Assembly (NCBI RefSeq): GCF_964213995.1
Contig: NW_027590155.1
Span: 558,001-622,000 of the forward strand
DNA from: Mustelus asterias
Taxonomy: Eukaryota
Reading direction: 5' to 3'
DNA: 64,000 nt
Shown here: positions 1-11,449 of the stretch, one piece after another
Numbering within the stretch: the first letter of the stretch is position 1
Layout: every line of letters begins with the position of its first letter
Notes under the pieces: generated by a model
What the model was told of the DNA's origin: nothing
The model's input: only the letters and a program-made list of their open reading frames with translations
Database searches by the model: none
Position numbers and translations under genes: made by a program

Positions 1-882
1 AGCATGCAGTGTCCACGGGCGTGGTTGACGCCTTCTGTGCCCGTTGGGCACCGCACGGGTTGGGGTGCGTTATTGACCCTGACAATCACATTTTAATTTG
101 ATGTTTTTAAGTTTCCTTTGTACTTTGATTTCTGTTCGGGCTGTTCCTCCTCCTTTTGGGGAGCTGCCCCTTTTACTTTGTCCTGATTTAATCTGAGTTT
201 GTTTATTTGGTTTGACCTAAAAAGAGGGCAACATCTGGGAGGAAATCAATGTTTCCCCCTTTCCATTTATTTTCTCATTCTGGGGGAAAATGGGGACTTG
301 CAGCAACTGAAGGGAATGAAGTGAATTCGGTCTGTATATTCCACCCATTTTTACTCCAGTAATGTAGACATTTATCTGTCTGGCAGCCTGCATGGAGATT
401 TCCAGCTCTCTGTGTCCAGGACAGGAAGCAGTGAGCATAGATCTGTCAATCAGCCTCAATCAGCACCTTCAGGAGAATTGGGAGGGTGAATATTAGATAC
501 AGCAGAGTGAGAATGGAGGGAGAGTGTGTGGGATGGAGATTCACAGCTTTTGGGGAATGAGAGAAGAAAGAATGTTCCATAGAAATTAGAATGATAATAT
601 GGCGGCCGGTCCCGCCTCCGACTTGGATTTAGCTCGACCTTGCTCTACAGCAGAACCAGTCGTGGTGCCACAGGCCTGGTTGCTGCTGGTATTTTCCCCT
701 GTCTATTTCAATCCCCCCCCCCCCCCCCCGACCACCCCCCGCAACAGTATCCAAAACGGTATACCTGTTTGAGAGGGGAGTCGCCACAGGAGACTCCTGC
801 ATTACATGCCTGCCTGACCTGGCAGTCACCCATCTATCTGTCAGGACTTGTGGTTTGACACCTTCTTGAAGCTAGTATCTAT

Positions 883-1984
883 AGAGTCATATAGTCATAA
901 AAGTTTACAGCATGGAAACAGGCCCTTCGGCCCAAATTGGCATGCCGTCCCTTTTTTTTAAAGCCCTTAAGCTGATCCCAATTGCCCGCATTTGGCCCAT
1001 ATCCCTCTATACCCATCGTACCCATGTAACTATCTCAATGTTTTTTAAAAGTTAACTATCACACTCTCTATCACACTTACTTCCCCCTGTATACTCCACC
1101 GCCATAGAGTCATAGAGGTTTACATCATGGAAACAGACCCTTTGACCCAACTTGTCCATGTCGCCCTTTTATTAACCACTAAGCTATTCCCAAATGCCCA
1201 TGTTTGGCCCATATCCCTCCATACTCATTTTACACATGTAACTGTCCAAAATCCTTTTAGAAGACAAAATTGTATCCGCCTCTACTACTACCTCTGGCAG
1301 CTTGTCCCAGGCATTCACCACCCTCTGTGTGAAAGAATTGCCCTTCTGTACCCTCTTGTAGCTCTCCCCTCTCACCTTAAACTTACCCACTCTAGTTGTA
1401 GACTCCCCGACCTTCTGGAAAAGATGTTGACCATCAAACTGACTATGCCCCTCATTATTTTATAGATCTCTATAAGTTCACCCCTAAGCCTGATACCATC
1501 CAGGGAAAAATGTCCCTGTATATCCAGTCTCTACTTATAACTCAAACCATCAAGTCCTAGTAGCATCCTAGTAAATATTTTCTGCACTCTTTCTCGTTTA
1601 ATAATATCCTTTCTATAATACGTTGACAAGAACTGTACACAGTCTTCCAAATGTGGCCTTACCAATGTCTTGTGCAACTTGAACAAGACGTCCCAACTCC
1701 TGTATTCAATGTTCTGACCAATGAAACCAAGCATGCTGAATGCCTACTTCACCACTCTGTCCACCTGTGACTCCAATTTCAAGGAGCTATGAACATGTAC
1801 CCCGAGAACTCTTTGTTCTGTAACTCTCCGCAACACCCTCCCATTAAATGATTAAGTCCTGATCGACCAAAATGGATCACCTTGCATTCATCTGAATAGA
1901 ACTCCATCTTCCATTCATCAGTCCACTGGCCCAATTGACTATGATCCCGTTGCAATCCTTGATAACCATCTTCACTGTCCACTA
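883..1984 (-). mobile_element. CR1 LINE 3' fragments (older copy continues at 3074-3300)
   Basis: Broken RT C-terminal frames (LVRPHLEDCVQF) and CTCTATGA-type tails. Confidence 0.85.
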
Positions 1985-3073
1985 AGAACAAAGAACAATA
2001 CAGCACAGGAACAGGCCCTTCGGCCCTCCAAGCCCGCGCCGCTCCCCGGTCCAGGATTGAATCCTGAATCCAGGATCCCCGCCCAATTTTCCAGCCTATC
2101 TACATACCAATATCCTATCCACCGAGCTGTCCCCCACAGCTACGATGCTTTGTTCATTACAACCTATTAACTCACCCCCACCCCCCCATTCCAGACCATG
2201 TGATCTCCAGGGAGAGGCGAAAACCCAGAGTGAAAAACCCCAGGGCCAATATGGGGAAAAATAAATCTGGGAAATTCCTCTCCGACCCCCTGAGGCGATC
2301 GAAACGAGTCCAGGAGATCACAATGGCCCTGATCGGAAAATGCTTCCCAACCCTAGTCATTTCCACTTCCACGAGAAACAAGGAACAATTAGCCCGCGCC
2401 GCTCCCTGGTCCAAACTAGACCACTCTTTTGTATCCCTCCATTCCCACTCCGTTCATACAGCTGTCTAGATAAGTCTTAAACGTTCCCAGTGTGTCCGCC
2501 TCCAACACCTTGCCCGGCAACACATTCCAGGCCCCCACGACCCTCTGTGTGAAATATGTCCTTCTGATATCTGTGTTAAACCTCCCCCCCTTCACCTTGA
2601 ACCTATGACCCCTCGTGAACGTCACCACCGACCCGGGGAAAAGCTTCCCACCGTTCACCCTATCTATGCCTTTCATAATTTTATACACCTCTATTAAGTC
2701 TCCCCTCATCCTCCGTCTTTCCAAGGAGAACAACCCCAGTTTCCCCAATCTCTCCTCATAACCAAGCCCCTCCATACCAGGCAACATCCTGGTAAACCTC
2801 CTCTGTACTCTCTCCAAAGCCTCCACGTCCTTCTGGTAGTGTGGCGACCAGAACTGGACGCAGTATTCCAAATGCGGCCGAACCAACGTTCTATACATCT
2901 GCAACATCAGACCCCAACTTTTATACGCTATGCCCCGTCCTATAAAGGCAAGCATGCCATATGCCTTCTTCACCACCTTCTCCACCTGTGACGTCACCTT
3001 CAAAGATCTGTGGACTTGCACACCCAGGTCCCTCTGCGTCTCTACACCCTTTATGGTTCTTCCATTTATCGTA
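1985..3073 (-). mobile_element. Young 5'-truncated CR1 LINE inserted in an older CR1
   Basis: Intact ORF2 C-terminus (2416-3021); TSD CCACTA at 1979-1984 and 3074-3079. Confidence 0.92.
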
Positions 3074-3801
3074 CCACTATGCCTCCAATCTTGGTGTCAT
3101 CTGCAAACTTATCAACCATGCCACCTAAATTCTCAACCAAATCATTAATATACGTGACAAATAACAGTGGGCCCAGCCCTGAGGCACACCACTGGTCACA
3201 GGCCTCTAGTTTGAAAAACAACCCTCTACAACCACCCTCTGTCTTCTGTCATCAAGCCAATTTCGTATCCATTTAGCGACCTCACCCTGGATCCCGTGGG
3301 AGTGTTTCCAGCTGCTGCTCCAACCGAACCACGCGGTCTGTGCGGAGCTGCAGCTGGTCACACTTCCAGCAGACATAGACGCAGGGACACGAGAAATTTC
3401 CCAAATCTCCCACATCTGGCAGGAGGAGCATATCATTGTCGTTACTGCCATCTCTGCACTTGGACATTGAAAAAAAGAAAAGAATAAGAATCTTACTTGC
3501 TTTTGACAAAAAGGGACATTCACAAACTCTGGGTGTTGCCAGCCAGAGGGGTCGCAGAACGAGATTCTGGGGTCGGGAGCTCCGAGGCAGCGATAACTGT
3601 GGAGCATCAACTGAATGTTCACAGCTTTCTGTCACCTTTAGATTCTCGAGATTTATTTTAAACAATGGGCGTGGCCTAAATTGACGCCGTTCGGGTCTGA
3701 CATATTGCAGTTCAGCTCTGAGATCCAGTCTCCCAGAGCAGTCCACCTCTGCAGTCTCCAGCTCCCCGTCATTTAAACCATCAGCTCCGGGCAGCAGAGC
3801 G

Positions 3802-3844
3802 ATGGGAATCCTTCTTGTTTTCAGCCTGTGTGTCTGTTTACCCA
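3802..3844 (+). CDS. Leader exon of NAR-TCR V (MGILLVFSLCVCLP)
   Basis: ATG at 3802, 14 mostly hydrophobic codons + 1 nt, GTGAGT donor at 3845; phase 1 splices in frame to the V exon at 3993. Confidence 0.9.
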
Positions 3845-3992
3845 GTGAGTACTGATCACACTAAACTACATTGTGTGGATTGAATATAAATCTGTCCCAG
3901 TCCATCCCAATTACAGACACTGTCTGGGGTTTCAGCCCCGTTGTGTGGTTCAGCTCCAATGGTCCATTAAACTCTCTGTGTTTAATTTCTAG

Positions 3993-4281
3993 GATGTTTC
4001 AGTCAGTCAGTGACACAGAGCCCGGCAGCGGTGACCAGGAAGGAGTGTCAGTCTCTCACCATCACCTGCATCTATTACGGTCATAATTGGGGCTATTATT
4101 TCCAAAATGGATATTTCTTCAGACAAACCCAGACCGGGACGGAGCGGGAGCGGATCTTCAGCGGAGGGAGATTTGTTGAGTCTGTGAACAAAGCAGAAAA
4201 GACATTTTCGCTGGAAATTCGGGATGTGAGAGTTGAAGACACCGCCACCTATTACTGTAAAGCTCAGTACTGGTACTGGCA
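3993..4281 (+). CDS. NAR-TCR (IgNAR-like) variable segment
   Basis: Acceptor tttctAG at 3991-3992. Translates (R)CFSQSVTQSPAAVTRKECQSLTITC...GYFFRQ...ERERIFSGGRFVESVNKAEKTFSLEIRDVRVEDTATYYCKAQYWYW. Short FR2 with no CDR2 and the GGRFVESVNK motif match VNAR domains; extra FR1 Cys at 4046-4048. Confidence 0.92.
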
Positions 4282-4319
4282 CACCGTGATGGGCCTCGGC
4301 TTCCAGCGATACAAAAACT
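4282..4319 (+). promoter_or_regulatory. V recombination signal sequence (22-nt spacer, 23 class)
   Basis: CACCGTG (4282-4288), 22 nt, ACAAAAACT (4311-4319). Confidence 0.9.
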
Positions 4320-4679
4320 CTCCCTGCAGATTCTCACAGAACCAAATGAAAAACCGGAGTTAATCTGCCCTGAACACCGCCCCCCGTCCCGCGCCTCCCC
4401 CCCACCGCCACCCCGACAATTGCACCTCACACTCTCGGTGCCACAGTTTAGTTTTTAACGGGACCTGATTATTATCGTTGACACTTCGAGTTTTATAAAC
4501 ACGGAGTGTGAGTGAATGGTGGTGTCTTTCCTGGGAGTGTTGGCGGTGAATGGAGAATGGGAATGATTGATCCCAGTTACAAACCCACACACCAGATGGG
4601 ATCCTGGGCTCACAGCCGGAGCTGGGAGCCACATTCCGCGCGGTTTAATTCATGTTCCAACATCCCACCCACTACCCGA

Positions 4680-4750
4680 TGTTTTGATGCTGAATTGTAA
4701 CACTGTGTAACTTTGGGAGAGTCACAGTGGAAGGAAGCTGAGCAAATACC
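4680..4750 (+). other. NAR-TCR D segment (coding 4708-4722, TAACTTTGGGAGAGT) flanked by 12/12 RSSs
   Basis: TGTTTTGAT-12-CACTGTG (4701-4707), 15-nt core, CACAGTG (4723-4729)-12-GCAAATACC. Confidence 0.88.
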
Positions 4751-5063
4751 TGTGCACAATTACAGTACAAATTCTCAGGGCCCAGACAGTGAATCATTGG
4801 TTTGACGATATTATCGCTGTAATCTGGATTACTTCTCCTGTAATCTCCATCACTCACATCTTTCTTTGATTTTTGTTTTGCTATATATGAAGTTAATATT
4901 TCCTCCCTGCGGCCATTTACTGAGAGCTTGGGCCTCACAAAGTAAAATTTGAACCGACAGAGACGTTGAAACGTTGAATCTTGTTTAGTAATTTTAAATC
5001 CCCCGAATAATTGGACACTTCCGATTGACTGGTGATGGTTTCTCGGCAGATTGAGATGTCGGT

Positions 5064-5161
5064 GGTTCTTGTACCGGGGAGATTGAGAGAGGTGCCACTG
5101 TGTACTAAACGGAAATATGATAATGTGGATGGATCCGGGACGGTGGTGACTGTCACAGCCG
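5064..5161 (+). CDS. NAR-TCR J segment (coding 5103-5161, TKRKYDNVDGSGTVVTVTA) with 23-RSS
   Basis: GGTTCTTGT (5064-5072)-23-CACTGTG (5096-5102); IgNAR-type DGxGT motif; phase-1 GTAAGT donor at 5162. Confidence 0.92.
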
Positions 5162-8100
5162 GTAAGTGACTCCAAACCCCGCCGTGTTACAGACTGTCTC
5201 GTTTAATGTTCCCCATCACTTTATCATTGTCATCTGTCTCGTTTCAATCCAATCGAATCTTCCTATGGAAAATCATCCGTTACAGATTTCGAGTTGGGAG
5301 AAGGATGTGATTCTGGAGTCGGGTCCAGGTCAGTCCCGGGGAAAGTGTCTGTGAGACCTGATGGAGTCGGCGGTCAGCGGGGCAGGGATAGTGGGGTGAG
5401 GCTTGTGGGTGGGGGTGGTGGTGAGGCGCTGGGTGCGGTTCAGTGTTCTGTGAGAGTTGACAGAATCTGGGCGATTGTTTTAAGAGGCACATCAACATCA
5501 AGAACTCTGACACTCCTGGGAGTTTTTTTTTAACAAACTCAAATTGACAACACTCCGGAATCCACTCTGGATGTGAAATGTGACTGGGAGAGGTTTGTCT
5601 GTCGCTTACAACCCGGCAGCTGGGTCTCAGAGCTCTCTCCTGGGCAGTAGATTGCAGTCCTAGCCGTGCAATGGCAATAAGGTACCGGGTGAATGAGATC
5701 GATGTCACTGCGGCCAGTCCATTTAACCGCAGTGACTCACTCAATACCTGACCCGGGAGACAAACAAAAAATTAAACCACGGGCTTCAGGTATAAGGGAC
5801 CTTATTGTAGGTCCGAAGGAATTTTGTAATAAAGAAATCAGTGACTGAAATTAGTGACATTGTATCTGATATTTCCTTAAATATCCTCCTTATAAACAAT
5901 AACTTTTTCTCATTTTCTACCATTAGTGGTTAATTCTGGAGCACAGGTCTTCAGTAATATTGCCGGGATATTTCCAGGGCCAATAGCCTTTGCAGCATCC
6001 TGTGCCTTCAGCCGGTCCTGAAGTCACGTGGAGTGAATCAAATTGGATGAAAACTGACATTAATGATGCTGGGGACCTCCGGAGGAGATTGAGATGGATC
6101 ATCCACTCGATATCTCTGGATGAGGATTGTTGCCAAGGCTTCAGCTTTATCTTCACCGGATTGACAAATCAGTTATAGGGATGTCTGGTGCTGCTGCCGG
6201 CATTGCCTCCTGCAGTCTTCATTGAACCAGTATTAATGCCTCGTTTGCTAATGTCAATGCAGGGGACACGCCGGACCATGAGGTTACAGATTGTGTTTGA
6301 GTCAAAATCTGCTGCTGCTGATGGCCCATAGTGCTTCATGGATGCCTAGTGATGAGTTGCTGGATCTGCTCGAAAACTATCTGATTGAGCACGGCGACTG
6401 TGCCATACTACACGATGGAGTGAAGCTCAATGTGAAGACAATAATTTGTGTCCACAAGGACTGCATGTGGTCACTCCTACTGATACTTCTCTGATGATGC
6501 ATCTGCGGCAGTAAGGTTGCTGAGGCTGAGGTCAAATATGCTTTATTCCCTATTGGTAGTTTCCTCGCTACCTACCGCAGTCCCAGTCTGGCAGTTATGT
6601 CCAGCTATGTGCTACCGAGCCAGTCGTGGTGATAGATATTGAAGCCCCCTAACCAGTATACGTTATGCACGTTTGACATCCTCAGTGCTTCATCCAGATG
6701 TTGTTCAACATGGTGGAGTGTAGATATATCAGCAGAGGCGCGTGGTAATCAGCAGACCGCTTCCTTGCCCATGTCTGACCTGATGTCATGAGACTTCATG
6801 CGGTCCAGAGGCGGTATTGTGGACTCCCAGGGCAAGTCGCTCCCGACAATATCATGCCGCCAGCTCTGCTGAGTCTGTCCTGCCAATGGGTCAGGACATA
6901 CCGGATTTGTGATGGTTGTTTGTGGGCGATTGCTGTAATGTATTTGTAGCCCTGATTATTGTTAACTGAAATCACACAGTGCAGTAAGATAGGAGGATGA
7001 TGTGGTAATCATATCAAAGAGAACAGGAACAATAGGGAACAATTGTGAAGGGAATATTCATTTAGAACAAGCGATAGAGAATTAATCGACATGGAGAGAA
7101 AGATTGGATTATTTCTGGAGAATACTGAAAATACAATAAAACGCAAGGATTGAAAACGAGATTTGCGGGGATTTGAACTGAACTGGAATACTATGTGAGA
7201 TTTGATCTCCTTTAGTTTGGAAGGATGTACATACTTCGGAGGGAATTTAACTAATATTCACTAAACAGAGTCTTGGGATAAAATGATTGTCCTTTGAGAA
7301 GTGATTGAAGACTCATTGCCTATTTTCCCTTGACTGATATTAGAGGAGTGAGGAGTGATCTCAGTAGAATTTATTATATTCACAAAGGACTTGAAAGGCA
7401 AATTCTGGGTGGTAGCTTTTCCAATCTGGGAAGTCTATAATTTGGGGTCACATTTTCAGAATAACGGTTCAGCAATTTGGACTGCGGAGAGGAGACATTT
7501 CTTCAGTCAAAGCCATTGTGGTGAATCTGCGAATTCCAGACCACAGAGAGCCGTGGATAGTTAGTGTTGAACGCATTCAAGGCAGCGTTTGTTATATATT
7601 TGTACACTAAAATGGTCAGGGCAAATGTGGGCAACACAGGAGATAAGCTGCAACATAACTGAGTGATGGAGCAGCTTTGAAATGTGGAACAGGAATTTCT
7701 ATACAATGTACAATTTAGAGAAAACTCTGCCCAGAGAACCCGGGAGAGAATCAGTTAATGAGCAGAAAAAAATGAAATTGAGAGAGATCCAAAAGAGGCA
7801 GTTCCCAGTGAGTAACAGTAAAACCACTGCGGAAACTGAACAGGATGAACGCAACTGACAACTACGAGACTTTGGGACGCGTTCCCACGACTCAGGAAAA
7901 CCAAATAGCACAAAGTAAATGAAATGAAAATGACTAGATATCTCAATGTAAAGAGAAGGGGAGAAAAATGATACCAATAGATAGAAAATAAACAAATAGA
8001 TTAAAAAGCAAACATTGACTGCCGGGAGGTGTTAAACTGAAATAAATAAATGACATTTGGCCACCGATAGTCAACATGGTTCGGCCCCATCGGAGCTGAT

Positions 8101-8454
8101 GAATCGCAATCACTCTGTTGGATCTTGCTGTGCGCTGTGATGTGACGCAGCTGGGTTGTTCTTCGGCAATCATCTCCAGAAAAGGATTGCGTCACTGATA
8201 ATAAAATGTTCCCTTCGATATCTCTCTCAAAAAGGAAAATAGAAACTAAAACCTGACATATATCATAGAATAAGTTAGCGTGGAAGGGCGACATTCGGCC
8301 CCTCGGGTAGATGGTGCCACTTGATAAATGAAATCCAATTCTTCCACGAGCCATGAATTTTCCCCATAAACCTGTTATTTACCTGTTCAGGGATGTGATC
8401 ATTGCTCATTCATAATTCATTGTTAAACCAGCTCCTACTAAGCTGACAGTGTAT

Positions 8455-8930
8455 TCATGGATTCACAGAATTTACGGCAGAAAGACTTCGATCCAAACTG
8501 ATCCATGCCGATCAAAATGCCCATCTAAGCTCAGCCATTCGCCTGCATTTGGCCCATATCTCTCTAAAACTTCCCTATCCATGTATCTGTCCAAAAGACT
8601 TTTAAATGTTGTCAATGTCCCTGCCTCAACCACTCCCTCCGGCAGCTCATTCCACATACGTAGCACCCTCTGTGTAAAAAAAAGTTGCTCTGCAGGTTCC
8701 TGTTACTTCTTTCCCTATTCCCTCTTGCTCTCGACTCCCAAAACCTGGAAGAAAGACTGAGTTCATTCGCCCTATCCGTGCCTGTCATGATCTTATACAC
8801 TTCTATAAGATCACCCCTCTATCTCCTATGACCAAAGGAAAAAGTCCAAACTCTCCCTATAACTCAGTCCCTTGAGTCCTGGCAACATCCTTGTAAATCT
8901 CTTCTGCATTCCCTCCAGTTTAATAACATC
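8455..8930 (-). mobile_element. CR1 LINE 3' fragment
   Basis: WNELPEGVVEAGTLTTFK..LDRYM C-terminal motif. Confidence 0.8.
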
Positions 8931-9124
8931 GTTACAGATCATTAGAACTTGTGCAAAATAACATGTACCTCATTGTACACTGGTTTATAGCGTAAGTCAA
9001 TATCGTTCCATTGGAAATAAAATAATAATAACTCCGCATAAAACTGAGCTACTCCTGCGACTGACACAATCTCTGACTAAAAAATGGCAAAACCTAAACA
9101 AACGTTTTTTTTCTAATCCTGCAG

Positions 9125-9430
9125 GTTCCTCTTCCCTGGTATCCAAGAATCCGTCTCTACAAATCTCTGCTGCCGATGACACGGTTACATTAAGCTGTGA
9201 ATATTCAGGAATCTGTCAGTACACAGTACACTGGTACAGTCAGCCCCCAGGGCAGGCTCTGAAATACTTGCTGCAGAAACACACTTCAGGAGGGGGCAAT
9301 AAAGAAAACGCTGCCGGGGAGAGAATTTCTGCTTCTATCGATTCTGTCCAGAAAATCAGCCGGTTAAAGATCTCCAAACTGCAACTAAGCGACTCGGCTG
9401 TCTATTACTGTGGACTGAGTCGGCACATAG
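9125..9430 (+). CDS. TRDV: Leaderless NAR-TCR-supporting TCR delta V segment
   Basis: Polypyrimidine tract + AG at 9123-9124, phase 1 matching the NAR J donor. Open frame (G)SSSLVSKNPSLQISAADDTVTLSCEYSGICQYTVHWYSQPPGQALKYLL...LQLSDSAVYYCGLSRHI with canonical Cys/Trp/Cys plus an extra CDR1 Cys (9214-9216); perfect 23-RSS follows. Not in the supplied ORF track. Confidence 0.93.
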
Positions 9431-9713
9431 CACAGTGATACAGAACACGGAGAGAGCTGTACAAAAACCTAAACATGGTGAGGATTACAGACACAGTGAT
9501 ACAGAACACGGAGAGAGCTGTACAAAAACCTAAACATGGTGAGGATTACAGACACAGTGATACAGAACACGGAGAGAGCTGTACAAAAACCTAAACATGG
9601 TGAGGATTACAGACACAGTGATACAGAACACGGAGAGAGCTGCACAAAAACCTGAACATGGTGAGGATTACAGACACAGTGATACAGAACACGGAGAGAG
9701 ATGTGCTGAAAAC
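9431..9713 (+). repeat. Tandem array of 23-RSSs, 61-bp period, about 4.6 copies
   Basis: CACAGTG at 9431, 9492, 9553, 9614 and 9675. The first four are followed by a 23-nt spacer and ACAAAAACC; the fifth nonamer is degenerate (GCTGAAAAC). Confidence 0.97.
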
Positions 9714-9973
9714 TTAGTCCTACTCCTTGTCCAACAGGTTCAACATTCTTGCTCCTGCTGTTGACGAGAGCGAGGACTGTAGGACAGATGAGCGAACTGG
9801 CCACAGTACCGTGGGCTAGGGAGCCATTCAAGTGGGGTAGAAAGGAGGAATCTAGTCGTAATCGGCGATCGTATAGTTAGGGGCACAGACAATGTTCTCT
9901 GTGACCAGGAGCGATAGTCCTGTAGATTGTGTTGCCCCCTGGTGCCAGGTTTCGGATCACCTCCTCTGGACTG

Positions 9974-11312
9974 GTAGGACTTGCAGATAGTGAGGAACAT
10001 TGTCAGAGGCTACAGAAGGATATAGATAGGCTGGAAATTTGGGCAAGGAAATGGCTGATGGAGTTCAATCCTGATAAATGCGAAGTGATGCATTTTGGTG
10101 GGAATAATGTAGGGAGGAGCTACACGATAAATGGAAGAACCATAAAGGGTGTAGAGACGCAGAGGGACCTGGGTGTGCAAGTCCACAGATCTTTGAAGGT
10201 GACGTCACAGGTGGAGAAGGTGGTGAAGAAGGCATATGGCATGCTTGCCTTTATAGGACAGGGCATAGCGTATAAAAGTTGGGGTCTGATGTTGCAGATG
10301 TATAGAACGTTGGTTCGGCCGCATTTGGAGTACTGCGTCCAGTTCTGGTCGCCACACTACCAGAAGGACGTGGAGGCTTTGGAGAGAGTACAGAGGAGGT
10401 TTACCAGGATGTTGCCTGGTATGGAGGGGCTTGGTTATGAGGAGAGATTGGGGAAACTGGGGTTGTTCTCCTTGGAAAGACGGAGGATGAGGGGAGACTT
10501 AATAGAGGTGTATAAAATTATGAAAGGCATAGATAGGGTGAACGGTGGGAAGCTTCTCCCCGGGTCGGTGGTGACGTTCACGAGGGGTCATAGGTTCAAG
10601 GTGAAGGGGAGGAGGTTTAACACAGATATCAGAAGGACATATTTCACACAGAGGGTCGTGGGGGCCTGGAATGTGTTGCCGGGCAAGGTGGTGGAGGCGG
10701 ACACACTGGGAACGTTTAAGACTTATCTAGACAGCTATATGAACGGAGTGGGAATGGAGGGATACAAAAGAGTGGTCTAGTTTGGACCAGGGAGCGGCGC
10801 GGGCTAATTGTTCTTTGTTTCTCGTTTCAAGGCTTCATTCTATGATCATCTTGCTGGTGCCAGGACAGAGCGAGACTGCGGATAGTTGGGAACCTGTCTC
10901 GGCGGCAGGGAATTCAGATGGTGTTCGTAAAGCAGAAGTAGAAATGAATAGGGTTGGGAAGCATTTTCTGATCAGGGCCAGTGTGATCTCCTGGACTCGT
11001 TTCGATCGCCTCAGGGGGTCGGAGAGGAATTTCCCGGATTTTTTTTCCCCATATTGGCCCTGGGGTTTTCCCTCTGGGTTTTCGCCTCTCCCTGGAGATC
11101 ACATGGTCTGGAATGGGGGGGTGGGGGTGAGGTAATAGGTTGTGATGAACAAAGCATCGTAGCTGTGAGGGACAGCTCGGTGGATAGGATATTAGGATGT
11201 AGATAGGCTGGAAAATTGGTCGGGGATCCAGGATTCAGGATTCAATCCTGGACCGGGGAGCGGCGCGGGCTTGGAGGGCCGAAGGGCCTGTTCCTGTGCT
11301 GTATTGTTCTTT
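9974..11312 (+). mobile_element. Young 5'-truncated CR1 LINE, same subfamily as 1985-3073
   Basis: ORF2 C-terminus ends at 10780; long 3'UTR; TSD GACTG at 9969-9973 and 11313-11317, inside a CR1 ORF1 remnant. Confidence 0.92.
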
Positions 11313-11449
11313 GACTGCAGAGAATTCGGAATGGGAGGGGGAAAATCCAGTTGTCATTTTTGACGTATGTACGAATGACATAGGCAGAGCAAGGATGCAC
11401 ATTCTGCTAAGGGAAGATGAATAGCCAAATTGTAAACTCAAAGTCATAA

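Noticed and set aside
3660-3780. Promoter motifs before the NAR V leader (GGGCGTGG, TGACG, ATTTAAA)
   Set aside because: The position is plausible, but short motifs alone do not support a call.
9431-9713. CRISPR-like appearance of the 61-bp array
   Set aside because: The units are essentially identical with no unique spacers, the DNA is vertebrate, and each unit is an RSS.
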